Counted from the whole stretch's first letter, positions 44,438 through 55,158 are shown. The stretch: 63,872 nt of DNA, filler included, from Piedraia hortae CBS 480.64 (GCA_010093745.1; 4 parts of 4 records of this genome joined end to end with filler, not necessarily neighbours in it), one strand, 5' to 3'. Program-made: numbers and translations. Notes: generated from the sequence alone by a model not told the origin.

Positions 44438-44953
44438 TCAGGCCCGCTCGCATGTGAGGCGTTCCCCGCGACGCCATTTCTCGGGATCGATCCAGGCGCC
44501 GGCATGGGCGCCTCGCTTGTTGGTCCTCGCATCCTCGTAAGCGCTCATATACCGCCCGGCGCGATCCGGATCGCTCCTGAGATACTTCGTGGCCGGCACC
44601 GCCCACCCCTGAGCGATCAGTTGCTCGCCCAGGTCAGAGCCGTTCACACTGACCACGGCAACCGGTCGACCGTAGCTGCTACTGCCAACCAAACGGATCG
44701 TCGCCTCCCCCGAGCGGAGCATGCGGGCGGTCGCGTCTTGCGCGAGCTTGCCGCAAGGATAGCAGCCGCTGGAGATCTGGCAGAGTTGCTTCCGCTCGAA
44801 GGCGTCCGCCCCTGAGAACCGGAAGTCAATGCTAATGGTGTCGCCGTCCAGCGCGCGGCCTCGTCCGGTGAGATCCTGTGCGGGCTCGTGCCCGGGCTCG
44901 GCTGCCCCGCAGGCCGCAAGTGCGACAAGGGCAAGGAGGATCGCCGTCTTCAT
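44438..44953 (-). CDS. Thermonuclease (SNase) family lipoprotein
   Basis: Lipobox LAAC; DGDTI, GADAFE, YGRPVA, A...KRG. Confidence 0.85.
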   Translation of the reverse strand: MKTAILLALVALAACGAAEPGHEPAQDLTGRGRALDGDTISIDFRFSGADAFERKQLCQISSGCYPCGKLAQDATARMLRSGEATIRLVGSSSYGRPVAVVSVNGSDLGEQLIAQGWAVPATKYLRSDPDRAGRYMSAYEDARTNKRGAHAGAWIDPEKWRRGERLTCERA

Positions 44954-45162
44954 GCGTAACGCAGCTCGAGCTCGACGTTCGGATCGTCGACGAGCGCCGG
45001 GATGACCCGGAAGGGCTGAAGGATATCTCCGGTACGCACGACCGAGACTTGGCGCGCCCCAGCGTCGAACATGCGGGCGGCGACAGCCTGCGCGTTGGCG
45101 CGGCTGCATAGATGCGATCGCTTGGGGCTGATCGGAGCGGTGAGGTCATCGTGACGAAGCAT
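44950..45162 (-). CDS. Small hypothetical protein
   Basis: AGGA RBS; ATGA overlap with the nuclease gene. Confidence 0.6.
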   Translation of the reverse strand: MLRHDDLTAPISPKRSHLCSRANAQAVAARMFDAGARQVSVVRTGDILQPFRVIPALVDDPNVELELRYA

Positions 45163-45194
45163 GGGATTGATCCTGATGCTGGACGGCTCGGCGA

Positions 45195-45821
45195 TCAACC
45201 GAACACCGTCTTGTGGACGCGGGTCTGGGTCGGCGGGGGAACGATGGTCCACGGCATGTCGCGCAAGCCAGAAATACGATAACCCGGAAAATCGGAACCG
45301 AGCTTGGCGAGCGCGATCTTTCGGCCGCGCTTGTGGACGACGAAGTCAGTGCCCTCGTGCCCGTCAACGAACTTGATGGGGTGTGGCAGCCGGATGTGCA
45401 TGCCGTGCTCGAGCGGCCGCTCGGATCGCTGGGCGAGGCGGTCGAGGCAGCGGCGCCGCCAGTTGAGCGCCGAGGCGTTGTCGGTGTCGCCGAGCAGGGA
45501 GAGGATACGCTCGGGGCACGCGGCCTCGTTCGGCCCCATCGTCTCGTCCATATCCTTGTAGGCGAAGACGAAGCCGTCCTTTGCGCGGGGGTTCCAGCTG
45601 ACCAGGCACACGACGGCGATGGTGGGCTCGTCGATGCCGTCGGTGCTGGGCGTGACGGCCGCGTACCAGACCTTGTTTCGCAGGCACGACGAAGCGACGA
45701 CGCGCAGCGCCCTGCCCTTCCCCTCCGCGTCGCGCCGGTCGTACGTGAATTGCGCGTCGAGATAACTTTTGGGCGTCGAATGAGGGGTCATCGATGACCG
45801 TGGCATGCTGAGCCAACCCAT
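45195..45821 (-). CDS. Conserved plasmid-type protein (DUF6927-like)
   Basis: MGWL...YAAV...AVVCL...YKDMDETMGP...CP...WRRRC. Confidence 0.7.
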   Translation of the reverse strand: MGWLSMPRSSMTPHSTPKSYLDAQFTYDRRDAEGKGRALRVVASSCLRNKVWYAAVTPSTDGIDEPTIAVVCLVSWNPRAKDGFVFAYKDMDETMGPNEAACPERILSLLGDTDNASALNWRRRCLDRLAQRSERPLEHGMHIRLPHPIKFVDGHEGTDFVVHKRGRKIALAKLGSDFPGYRISGLRDMPWTIVPPPTQTRVHKTVFG

Positions 45822-45861
45822 GGCGATGTTCCTTGCTTATAGGGGTCGGAGACGGACCCGA

Positions 45862-46506
45862 TCAGTCCGCCAGGAGCGCCGGCGCCGGCGCTGACGTCGT
45901 CAGCCGCAGCTCTCGCTGCAGTCGTTCAGCGAAACGCTCGGTCGCGAGCAGCTCGCGTGCCATGGCGTAGCGGGCGCGATCACCCAGATGGTCGTGACGG
46001 CCGCGAACACGACGATAGTTGACCTCGTGGCCGGGACCGAGTGCGGTCAGCGAGAGTTGCACGCGCACCTCGTCGGTGTGGAGCGTGATCTCGCCGGATT
46101 GAGACGCGTGGCCGCGGTTCGATCGAAGGTCGTAATCGCCCTCGCTCAGTCCGAGTGCGACAGCGAGGCGGTGCAGGGCCGCGCGTCCTTCGACATGGAA
46201 GAGATCCTTCGCAGCCGCATCGTAGGCGACGCCCCGGATAGCGAGCGTGGCGAGTGCCGGGTGCTTCTTCAGCTCGGCGATCTTGTCCTCGCAGCGGCGT
46301 CGCAGAAGAGAGTCATCGGATCCGGCTCCGGCGATGTGGCCGAGGTGACGCGCGAGGAGCAGCACGCCGGGATCTGCGTCGAACGGCACGCCGGCGTTGC
46401 GACAATCGTCGATAGCGGTGGTGACGGCGTGCAACGCAGCGACGATGGTCGTCAGCGCGCTTGGATCGAGTGCCTGCTGGTGGCGGAAGGCGACGTCGTA
46501 GGGCAT
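45862..46506 (-). CDS. Hypothetical protein
   Basis: GGGAG RBS; RSNRG...SGEITLH motif. Confidence 0.7.
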   Translation of the reverse strand: MPYDVAFRHQQALDPSALTTIVAALHAVTTAIDDCRNAGVPFDADPGVLLLARHLGHIAGAGSDDSLLRRRCEDKIAELKKHPALATLAIRGVAYDAAAKDLFHVEGRAALHRLAVALGLSEGDYDLRSNRGHASQSGEITLHTDEVRVQLSLTALGPGHEVNYRRVRGRHDHLGDRARYAMARELLATERFAERLQRELRLTTSAPAPALLAD

Positions 46507-46840
46507 CGTGGAGGTCTCCCGAGCGCCACATCGCGCTCGAAACCTCGCTCCCCCTTCCCTCTTCTCCCCCGGCTGGATCACGGTGCTCGGAGGTTAATGG
46601 CGCTCACGTCGACCGGAACGATCCACGCCCTAGTCGGAAGGCCCCCACGACGGTCCCGCCATCCCAGTGCCCGCCGAGGATCCCACGCCGTGGCACGCTT
46701 GCGACGGGGTAGCGTCGCGCCGCGAGCAGTCGGGCTCGTCGCGTGTCGCGGTCGACAGGCGTGTCGGTCATGAAGTGAGTCGCGAAACGAAGGGGAAGCA
46801 TGGGTCACCTCCTATCGGGCAGCTGCAAGCAATGTCGGCT

Positions 46841-47038
46841 TCACAGCATTAGGCCAAGCGGGTCGCTGGAATGGGCAGCGGCATCGAAGCCACGATGCCA
46901 GGCACCTGCCAGTCGGCTGCCGCGGCGGTAGCAGCACGCGGAATTGCCCATCACCTGGGCGCGCCAGCCCGCCTTCTCTGCCTCCCATTCGGCATTCGGA
47001 GGACTGGGCGCCAGTAGGTCGAGGAGATGGTGCGTCAC
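46841..47038 (-). CDS. Small hypothetical protein
   Basis: GTGA overlap with the upstream gene. Confidence 0.55.
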   Translation of the reverse strand: MTHHLLDLLAPSPPNAEWEAEKAGWRAQVMGNSACCYRRGSRLAGAWHRGFDAAAHSSDPLGLML

Positions 47039-47526
47039 CTCCCGCCGGCCAACTCGTCGGCTGCGATCATGATGGTGATCGCTTCCTCGAGCGCGGCGTC
47101 ATCGCCATTGACCACGCGCGCTGCGGGCTTTTGACGCTTGATCGCGGACGCCACGGTTTCGGCCGGTCGGCCCTTGAGCGCGTAGGACCAGACCTTTCCA
47201 TCCTCGATGACGACGAGGTTCTTGCGGAAGGTGCGCCGGAGCCGCTTGGCTTCCTCGATCCGGGTCATCAGTGCGGCGACCTCGAACTCCAGCGTGTGCT
47301 TCAGCACAGTGTCTCCGAAGCGGGTTGGCGCGCGGTTGGCGGCGAGCCACACGTCGACGTCGGCTTCGCTGAGCGAGCCTACCGGATGGAATATGTCGGC
47401 CGCGCCATGACCATGGTTGGACGCGAGGAAAGCGCGCTGCCCATCCACCCAGATCTCGGCGCTGTAGCAGGTCGTCTCCTCCGACAGCGCGGCGACGATC
47501 TTCAGCTTGCGCAGCTCGATGTGCAT
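47035..47526 (-). CDS. Hypothetical protein
   Basis: AGGAG RBS; LSEETTCYSA...NHGHG. Confidence 0.75.
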   Translation of the reverse strand: MHIELRKLKIVAALSEETTCYSAEIWVDGQRAFLASNHGHGAADIFHPVGSLSEADVDVWLAANRAPTRFGDTVLKHTLEFEVAALMTRIEEAKRLRRTFRKNLVVIEDGKVWSYALKGRPAETVASAIKRQKPAARVVNGDDAALEEAITIMIAADELAGGR

Positions 47527-47609
47527 GGTCTGGGCTCCTGTGATGACGCGCGGTCATGCCGCGAGCGCTTGCATGTTGCGGGCTTGAGACCCCTCGTCAG
47601 CGGCGTCCT

Positions 47610-47709
47610 NNNNNNNNNNNNNNNNNNNNNNNNNNNNNNNNNNNNNNNNNNNNTTAATTAATTAANNNNNNNNNNNNNNNNNNNNNNNNNNNNNNNNNNN
47701 NNNNNNNNN
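47610..47709. other. Artificial contig spacer
   Basis: Ns around TTAATTAATTAA. Confidence 0.98.
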
Positions 47710-47722
47710 AAAAAAAAAAAAG

Positions 47723-49096
47723 GCTTCCAGGGCGTCCTGTAGCGGCTGCGTCGTCCACTGACCGGCACGCGGAAGACGTTCATCAGGGATGGGAGTGTTC
47801 TCTTGGACCGCTCCACCTCTTCGCCTGGTGACTTTAGACCAAGGCCTGTCCAAGGCGCAGGTAAGAGCGAAACAATCGCGAAGCCTCACGGCCACGGCGG
47901 TAGATGGCGTCGAACGTGTTGGCAAAGGATGCGCCGGCCGCATTTGAGTGGTATCGATTGGCCGTGACGTCTCCGTGGTTGCGCTGGCGGTTGGCATCCA
48001 TTACTTCCTCGTTTGGCTCCTCCTCATGAGCCTTGTCGTCGATGTCAAAGTCATTCCGCACCTGCTGGACGAAAAGGGCCTTGACGACCCCGACCGGGCG
48101 CGCGCCTCGCGCATCTCCGACGACACCAGCTTGACGTTGTCGGCTAAAGGCAGCTCGATATCGCCGTAGTATATTGGCGACAGCTCCGAATCTCCCGTCA
48201 CCTCGTGGCCACCGACATCTCCTCTGGCGACGCCCCAAAGGTAGAGACGGTAGCGCAAGATGTGCCACATGGGCGTTTGCTTTCCCCTGGCGCATGTACG
48301 GAGAGCAAACTTGGCTGATCCTCTCCACAAGGTCCTTGTCCTCTTGTGCGGCGTCACATTCGTCGTCGTCGCTAGTAGTTTCCCTCGCTGCCTTGCCGAA
48401 GATCAGCAGCTGTGTGACCCAGACACACACCGAGAGACCTCAGGTTGATGTCGCTTGCTTTTCCCCACGTCCTCTTCTTCTCTGAGACGGCATGAAGGGC
48501 AAAAACGAGACGACGAGAGACTCGAACTCGTCGTGATCAACGGGGCAGGTTATTGCCGCGCTCCAAAACTCTAGGAGGGCGTCTTGAATGGCCTGAACGT
48601 CGTTGGTCTCGTCGTCCTTGGCTGCCACGGCCGCGTCTCTGGTCATCGGTAATCTTCCAACCGACTTGGGCACTGGTGTCGCCATATTTGCTCGATACGA
48701 AATCGAAGACCTTATCCCCGATAAATGTACCGGCGGCAGAGGGCCAAGAAGCTCTTCGCCACGCTCACGAGGGCCAGGTCTTCTCATCCAGCCCGGGCTC
48801 AAACAGCGAAACTTCACTACGCTCATCGACGTGGGTGTCTTGGAGATGCCCGAGCTCTTTTTGAATCTGGTAGGAGAGCCCGAAGCCATCATTCCCGCGG
48901 AAACAGCACTGATGGTTCGCCCGACACAACCTCTCAAATGCGTCGTACATGACGTCCAGGATTTCGTCCTTCCCCCAACGGGGAACGTGGATGGCGGCTG
49001 CGCACTCAGATTTCAGACACCCGCAGAGGGGCGTATCTCACCCGAGGTGGTGGATCCAGGGAATCGCCTCTGTCTTCGACGGCTGGGTTGCTCCTC
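47723..49096 (-). pseudogene. Frameshifted fungal gene relic, possibly of the telomere-linked RecQ helicase family (non-helicase region)
   Basis: Broken frames with ALLEFWSAAI...DEFESLVVSFL, VTQLLIF, PMWHILRYRLY; family call from memory of the pattern only. Confidence 0.35.
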
Positions 49097-50026
49097 NNNN
49101 NNNNNNNNNNNNNNNNNNNNNNNNNNNNNNNNNNNNNNNNNNNNNNNNNNNNNNNNNNNNNNNNNNNNNNNNNNNNNNNNNNNNNNNNNNNNNNNNNNNN
49201 NNNNNNNNNNNNNNNNNNNNNNNNNNNNNNNNNNNNNNNNNNNNNNNNNNNNNNNNNNNNNNNNNNNNNNNNNNNNNNNNNNNNNNNNNNNNNNNNNNNN
49301 NNNNNNNNNNNNNNNNNNNNNNNNNNNNNNNNNNNNNNNNNNNNNNNNNNNNNNNNNNNNNNNNNNNNNNNNNNNNNNNNNNNNNNNNNNNNNNNNNNNN
49401 NNNNNNNNNNNNNNNNNNNNNNNNNNNNNNNNNNNNNNNNNNNNNNNNNNNNNNNNNNNNNNNNNNNNNNNNNNNNNNNNNNNNNNNNNNNNNNNNNNNN
49501 NNNNNNNNNNNNNNNNNNNNNNNNNNNNNNNNNNNNNNNNNNNNNNNNNNNNNNNNNNNNNNNNNNNNNNNNNNNNNNNNNNNNNNNNNNNNNNNNNNNN
49601 NNNNNNNNNNNNNNNNNNNNNNNNNNNNNNNNNNNNNNNNNNNNNNNNNNNNNNNNNNNNNNNNNNNNNNNNNNNNNNNNNNNNNNNNNNNNNNNNNNNN
49701 NNNNNNNNNNNNNNNNNNNNNNNNNNNNNNNNNNNNNNNNNNNNNNNNNNNNNNNNNNNNNNNNNNNNNNNNNNNNNNNNNNNNNNNNNNNNNNNNNNNN
49801 NNNNNNNNNNNNNNNNNNNNNNNNNNNNNNNNNNNNNNNNNNNNNNNNNNNNNNNNNNNNNNNNNNNNNNNNNNNNNNNNNNNNNNNNNNNNNNNNNNNN
49901 NNNNNNNNNNNNNNNNNNNNNNNNNNNNNNNNNNNNNNNNNNNNNNNNNNNNNNNNNNNNNNNNNNNNNNNNNNNNNNNNNNNNNNNNNNNNNNNNNNNN
50001 NNNNNNNNNNNNNNNNNNNNNNNNNN
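49097..50026. other. Scaffold gap (930 N)
   Basis: Pure N run without linker. Confidence 0.99.
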
Positions 50027-50766
50027 CTCCCCCAACATTTTCCGCTCCAAATCGGCCAAGTCCTGCACACTGACAATCTCCGCCAATCTCCCATCCACCC
50101 GTTTTACATCCCATCGCCTTCAAACACACTTTCTGCAGCGCACCATTTTAGTTACATCTACATGCCCCCTTTCTCCTTTTCAGATGTTTCAATCTTCGTG
50201 CGATGCTGATACAGCAGATGGCCTTGAGGGCATGATGTCACCTCCCCGCTCCACACGTTCCCCGAGCCAGTCAGAGTAAAGCGCATTGACAGGTGACTCC
50301 CATCGAGGGCAAGAGTGTGAAGATGAAGCATGAAATGTCTTCAGTCTATATGTGGATTGAATGGCAATGATGTGCAGAAATCAGAGGGCTAAGCGCCGTG
50401 GCGTTGGACGTTGGGCGGCTAACAGCCTCTGCTGGGAGGCGCCACCTCTCAAAAGCTCATGATTGGGCAGAGATATATATGCTAGATAGAGAATCAAAAG
50501 CCTGTGTGCGCGTAGTGAGATTGATGCTATCTAATTCGAGCCAAATGCATTTGCGGAGGGACAGTTGGGCTCTGACCTCAGGAAGTCGTGTCTCGATTGG
50601 GATCGTGGGACGGGCGAGCACGCAGCATTGGGGGTATTGTATTATCAGTATCGATAAGCAGATCGAGAGATTGAGAACGCAGAGCAGATAGCCTTCCCCT
50701 CCTTGCTACACATACACACATCCCCTACAGCATCTACAGAAAACATTATCCAACCCATTACACATC

Positions 50767-52332
50767 CTAGCCAAGCATCCCCCTCAACACCTCCGCCCCC
50801 GGCCCCGTGACCGCATCCCTCAACTCCCTAATCCCCACAGCCGACGAAACCCTCTTCTCCTCTAACACCCACTTCCTCGGCGACGCAACCCTCCCCGGCG
50901 TCCTCGACGGGGTAATCGGCCCGTAACCCTCCCCGAACTCCACAAGCCCTAACCCCTCAAGGCTAGACACAACCTCCCCAAACTCCGAACTCGTAAGCGG
51001 CTGTAGAAGTCTCTCCTCCCTACACAACCCACAATAAGTCGCATACAACTTCGCAACCGTAGGTGCCCTTGAATCACTCTTCTTCGGCGTTGACGGTCCC
51101 TTCAAAACCACTGTCCCCCCACCCTCGCCTTTCACAAGGGCGCACAACACCGCCTTCTGCTGCAGATTCAGTGCCGCAAGACGCTGGATGGAGTTATTGC
51201 TGAGCACCTGCGCCGTAACGCGAGCGACATGCGCAATCGTAACCTTTGGCGCTGTAGTTGGACTCAGTCTCGCGAGGTTTGTGTTCTCAGAGAGGGGTTT
51301 TGTAGGCGAGGCTTCTAGCTCTGCTTGGGCGGCTTCTTGCTCTACCAGGTCCACGGCGCGTTTGCAAATGTCAAAGGCTTTGCGGAGGTCGCCGGTTTGG
51401 GAGGAGACTTTTTTGGCGCAAAAGGTTATGGCTGCTGGGTGAAAGAAGGGGAGGTCTTGGTTTGGGGAGAGGGTGCTGAGCTTTGAGGTCAGGATGGATG
51501 CGATTTGAGGTGCGGTGTATGGCATAACGGGAAGGAGTTGGGGCCGGAGGTTGCGCGATTTTAGACGGGGAAGGAAGCGGTCAGTGAGGTCCAGAGCGTT
51601 GGCGATTGAGAGGAGGATTAAGCCTGATTTGGGGCTGAGAGACCATTCGAATAGACGGTAGAGGAGTTCCTGGTCGAAACTGATGAGGTGGTCGACTTCG
51701 TCTAGGATTACGAGGTATTTCTTGGTGGAGGTGAAGGCTTTCTTGAAATTGGCGATTTCCAGGTCAAAGGTGAGCTTTTGTTCGAGCTCTTTTGCTGAGT
51801 GGACGCTCATGCAGTTGATTATGGTCAGGCTAACACGAGCTTTGTATGTTTCGATGGTTTCGTTGACAAGGGCACTTTTGCCAGTGCCGGGAGGTCCAGA
51901 GATGTAGAGACAGCCGCCGGATTTGGATGACAAGGCGGAATCGAGAAAGGTTGACAGTTGGCTGCGCTCTTCATCCCGTCCAAATAGACATCCAGTGGAG
52001 CACCGTGAGAACAGCTGACGCGCTTGATGGTAGACGGCTGCCGTGCGACGGGAGGAGGTCACAGGCGTCTTGATTAACCGGCTGGGCGACGGCGATGAGA
52101 CGGCCAGAACGCGTCGTCGCGGAGTGACGATGACTTTGTCGCTGCGCTTCTTCCGCGGACTTTCATCTTCGTAAACCTGGATGACCTCTGGCGGTCGGGC
52201 GTCGATGGCCTCGAGCGGCGCGAACGGATTGTCATCCTCATCTGGCGCATTCAGGACGATGCGGCGCTTAGAACGCAGATTGGGAAGTTGCGTTGAAGAG
52301 CGGGTGCGCTTTCCTAGAACTGTGCCCGCCAT
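50767..52332 (-). CDS. CDC6: Cell division control protein Cdc6/Cdc18
   Basis: LYISGPPGTGKS, INCMS, ILDEVD, IANALDLTDRFLPRLK, GDLRKAFDIC, C-terminal winged helix, S/TP CDK sites. Confidence 0.96.
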   Translation of the reverse strand: MAGTVLGKRTRSSTQLPNLRSKRRIVLNAPDEDDNPFAPLEAIDARPPEVIQVYEDESPRKKRSDKVIVTPRRRVLAVSSPSPSRLIKTPVTSSRRTAAVYHQARQLFSRCSTGCLFGRDEERSQLSTFLDSALSSKSGGCLYISGPPGTGKSALVNETIETYKARVSLTIINCMSVHSAKELEQKLTFDLEIANFKKAFTSTKKYLVILDEVDHLISFDQELLYRLFEWSLSPKSGLILLSIANALDLTDRFLPRLKSRNLRPQLLPVMPYTAPQIASILTSKLSTLSPNQDLPFFHPAAITFCAKKVSSQTGDLRKAFDICKRAVDLVEQEAAQAELEASPTKPLSENTNLARLSPTTAPKVTIAHVARVTAQVLSNNSIQRLAALNLQQKAVLCALVKGEGGGTVVLKGPSTPKKSDSRAPTVAKLYATYCGLCREERLLQPLTSSEFGEVVSSLEGLGLVEFGEGYGPITPSRTPGRVASPRKWVLEEKRVSSAVGIRELRDAVTGPGAEVLRGMLG

Positions 52333-52374
52333 AGTGGTGGTTCTTTGGAAATTCCTGGACGCTGGTGGAGGAAG

Positions 52375-52455
52375 GCGCGACCGCGTCGCGTTCGGCGCGT
52401 GGTAACGCGTGGCGCGACGCGTCTAATTTCGGCGAAATCTCGGAACTGCGCGTCA
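52375..52455. promoter_or_regulatory. MCB (MluI cell-cycle box) cluster upstream of CDC6
   Basis: ACGCGT at 52405-52410 and 52417-52422 plus several CGCG cores within about 125 bp of the start codon. Confidence 0.75.
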
Positions 52456-52463
52456 CATTACAT

Positions 52464-52547
52464 CACATTCACATTCACATTCACATTCACATTCACATTC
52501 ACATTCACATTCACATTCACATTCACATTCACATTCACATTCACATT
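52464..52547. repeat. (CACATT)n hexanucleotide microsatellite
   Basis: About 14 perfect units. Confidence 0.97.
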
Positions 52548-52664
52548 GTCAGCCTGACCAGCTGACGAACTGTCAACGCATGTCAACTTGTCCGCTGCTG
52601 TATCGCCAACCATGAACCACCAGCACATATACCCATCGTAGCAACTCACTCCAACACCATAGAG

Positions 52665-53750
52665 ATGTCCGCGTCATACAAATGTCCACCTCGTAACCTT
52701 AAAAGCCATTCACATGAACGTCTCCCTCCTCCACCTCCAAGGGGCCTTTCTCCCAGCCCAACCCCAACAATGCCGTCCCAAGACCCCATGCTAGCCGACC
52801 TCCCGCCTCCTCGTCGCCCACGCCCCTCCATCTCCCGCCCACCCACCACGCCCTGGGAATCCTACAAACGCGGCGGCCCTCGGTACCCGGAAAGCCTCTA
52901 CTCTCTCCTCCTGACCCACCACCGCCAACACGGCAACAACTCCTTCGCCCTCTCCCTCGACTTTGGTCGCGGCAGCGGTATCTCCTCCCCAACCCTCTCC
53001 AACCACTTCTCCCACACCCACATCTGCGAAGCCTCCCTCCCCGGCCTCGCCGCAACCCGTAAAGCCCTCTCCAAAACTCCTCCCAAGCACGGCGGATACA
53101 CCTTCTCCCCAACGCCCTCATCCTCCCTCACGGACTGCTGCTCCGACTCCTCCGTCGACTTTGCAATCATAACCGAATCCGCGCATCTGGAGAAAGATCC
53201 CGATGCCATGGTCCGTAGCGCTGCGGCCGTGCTTGCTCCCGGGGGGACGCTAGCGATGATCACGCACCGTCCCCTGGCACATGTGGTGGGAAACAAGGAG
53301 GCTGCTGCCGCTGTGGAGAGGCTTTTCAAAGCGTGGGGGACTACGCCGTGGGAGGTTGTGTGTGGGACTGATCAGGAGGCGTGGAAACGTTTCGGGGCGG
53401 GGTTGGATTTTGTGGAGCTTCCACAGGAGCTTTTTAGGGATGTGAGAAGGGTGGCGATTAACGAGGGGGAGTTTTGTTTTCCGGGTGTGGATGCTGCGCA
53501 GAGTAGGATCAGGGAGGGTGAGGAGAGAGTTGTGCTTCATGAGAGGGATGCGTTTGGGAAAGGGTGGAGGCAAGAGGTTGGGTGGGAGGGTTTGAGGAGC
53601 AGGATTGCCATGCTAAGCGCGGAGGGGGTTTTGGAAGGCCTGGAGGGACATCTAAAGGAGGTGCAGGAGGTTATCGAACGGACTAGTCCCACGGGTGTGA
53701 ATGTGCTGTTGGAGTGGGCTGTTGTTGTGGTGCTTGCGACGAGGAGGTAA
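52665..53750 (+). CDS. Class I SAM-dependent methyltransferase-like protein
   Basis: Y...PRYPESLY, LDFGRGSG (degenerate motif I), SSVDF, LAPGGTLA. Confidence 0.7.
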   Translation: MSASYKCPPRNLKSHSHERLPPPPPRGLSPSPTPTMPSQDPMLADLPPPRRPRPSISRPPTTPWESYKRGGPRYPESLYSLLLTHHRQHGNNSFALSLDFGRGSGISSPTLSNHFSHTHICEASLPGLAATRKALSKTPPKHGGYTFSPTPSSSLTDCCSDSSVDFAIITESAHLEKDPDAMVRSAAAVLAPGGTLAMITHRPLAHVVGNKEAAAAVERLFKAWGTTPWEVVCGTDQEAWKRFGAGLDFVELPQELFRDVRRVAINEGEFCFPGVDAAQSRIREGEERVVLHERDAFGKGWRQEVGWEGLRSRIAMLSAEGVLEGLEGHLKEVQEVIERTSPTGVNVLLEWAVVVVLATRR

Positions 53751-54123
53751 GGTGGGGGATTGTACGGAATGTGGATGTAGTTGATGGGTCTGGCGAAGGG
53801 TTGTATCGAGGAATGCGCTTCACCTAGGTGCCTACAGATCTGGGGAGCGTGGTATGGGACCTGATGATTCATTATCTGCTATGTTCAGACTTGACGGTGA
53901 ATGCGTATATAGGTGACAATGCCTTGTTTTCGCGTCATGGTGATTCGGAGCCGAATGAATTTTGACAAATCGATGAATAGCCTTCTGCCCTCCATTGCCT
54001 CTAGTGTGCGAATTCAATCAAGGGACTGGAATCAATAACAAAAGACAAGTATGAATCGCAAAGTAAAAGCACAGCAACTAAGCCAAGCTCGTCGAGTAAA
54101 CTGAAAACGAAGACTGCTTATTC

Positions 54124-55158
54124 TCACACGGAATCAAAAGTCCCCTCTCGACTTGAGTAAGTCCTCCAGACATTTGAGTATAGGATGCAAGCAATGAGAA
54201 CAGAAAGCGGAGGAGACGCGATGGACGATGGCTGTTGTGTGGATTCGATAGACACAAGGACCTCGTCGAGCAACTCCTTGGTTTTGACGGCAGACAGTTT
54301 CCTGTTCAGCCCGCATTCTTCCACCAGCTATCGGCAGTGCTTGCTACGGCGGCCACGCTAATCGTGGCCTCTTCACCGTGACCCGCTTCCCAGATTGCAT
54401 GGAGCTCACTACCTCCAGTGCCGAAATACTGAGCGACGGCGGAGCGAACGCAAGACAGCCGGTTAACCCCTGGCGCATCTGCAAAGCGGTCCACATAGGC
54501 GCGATCGGACGTGGAGATGATTCTTTCACGGAATAACTCAGCATTCGTCTTGAAGCCACCCAGGTTGGCCCAGATGCAGTCGGTTGCCGCTTGATGGACG
54601 CTCTTGGCCGCATCTATGTCGCAGTCAGCGCCAATGAACGCCGCCAACGCATCCTGGAGGTGGGCAAGAAGCTATCGGCGAGCTGGACCCTTTGCAGCGA
54701 TAACAGATGCTTCGTTGAGTCAGGCGATGACGTGAGTGAGGATCTGGGTGATGTCCTTTGCATCACCAAACGACACACCACGCAAGGGGTGGAATCTTGG
54801 GATGATGGGAGCATCCGGCCCAACAAGAAGCTGATGGACCTCGCAGAATTGCTCATCAGGGACCGATGCGAGGAAGCCCTTGGTCCTTTAGCGGGTTCGT
54901 CCAGGTCACTTCCAGAAGAGCTCATCCATTTGCTGGGATACGGGATGACCATCCTTGTCACAAGCCTTGACAAGCTTGCTCCAGTCTACCAGGCCAACAT
55001 GCCGGGTTTCGTCCACTGGGAAGGCTAGAAGGACGTCCAGGATGCGGTCCACAGTTTGCGCCCCAGAGGTGGTCCACCTTGAGCCCGGCCATGGCTTGGA
55101 AGTAGTATAGATGAAACTCTTCCTCCCCAAGGCGCGTGGCACACCATCTGGTGGCCAT
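54124..55158 (-). pseudogene. Unidentified gene relic
   Basis: Protein-like minus-strand fragments separated by stops and frameshifts; no family recognised. Confidence 0.3.

Noticed and set aside
25242..46570. CRISPR array or integron attC cassette array
   Set aside because: The repeats are not regularly spaced with unique 30-40 nt spacers, lack GTTRRRY/RYYYAAC cores, and no cas or integrase gene is present
25142..47709. Horizontal transfer of a 22-kb bacterial island into a fungal chromosome
   Set aside because: Both junctions are artificial N-TTAATTAATTAA-N spacers; there is no sequence continuity
48603..50279. Long ORFs of 360-560 aa in the ORF track
   Set aside because: They run through the 930-N gap
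52345..52649. ORFs with FTFT, HIHI or NVNV repeats
   Set aside because: Translations of the (CACATT)n microsatellite
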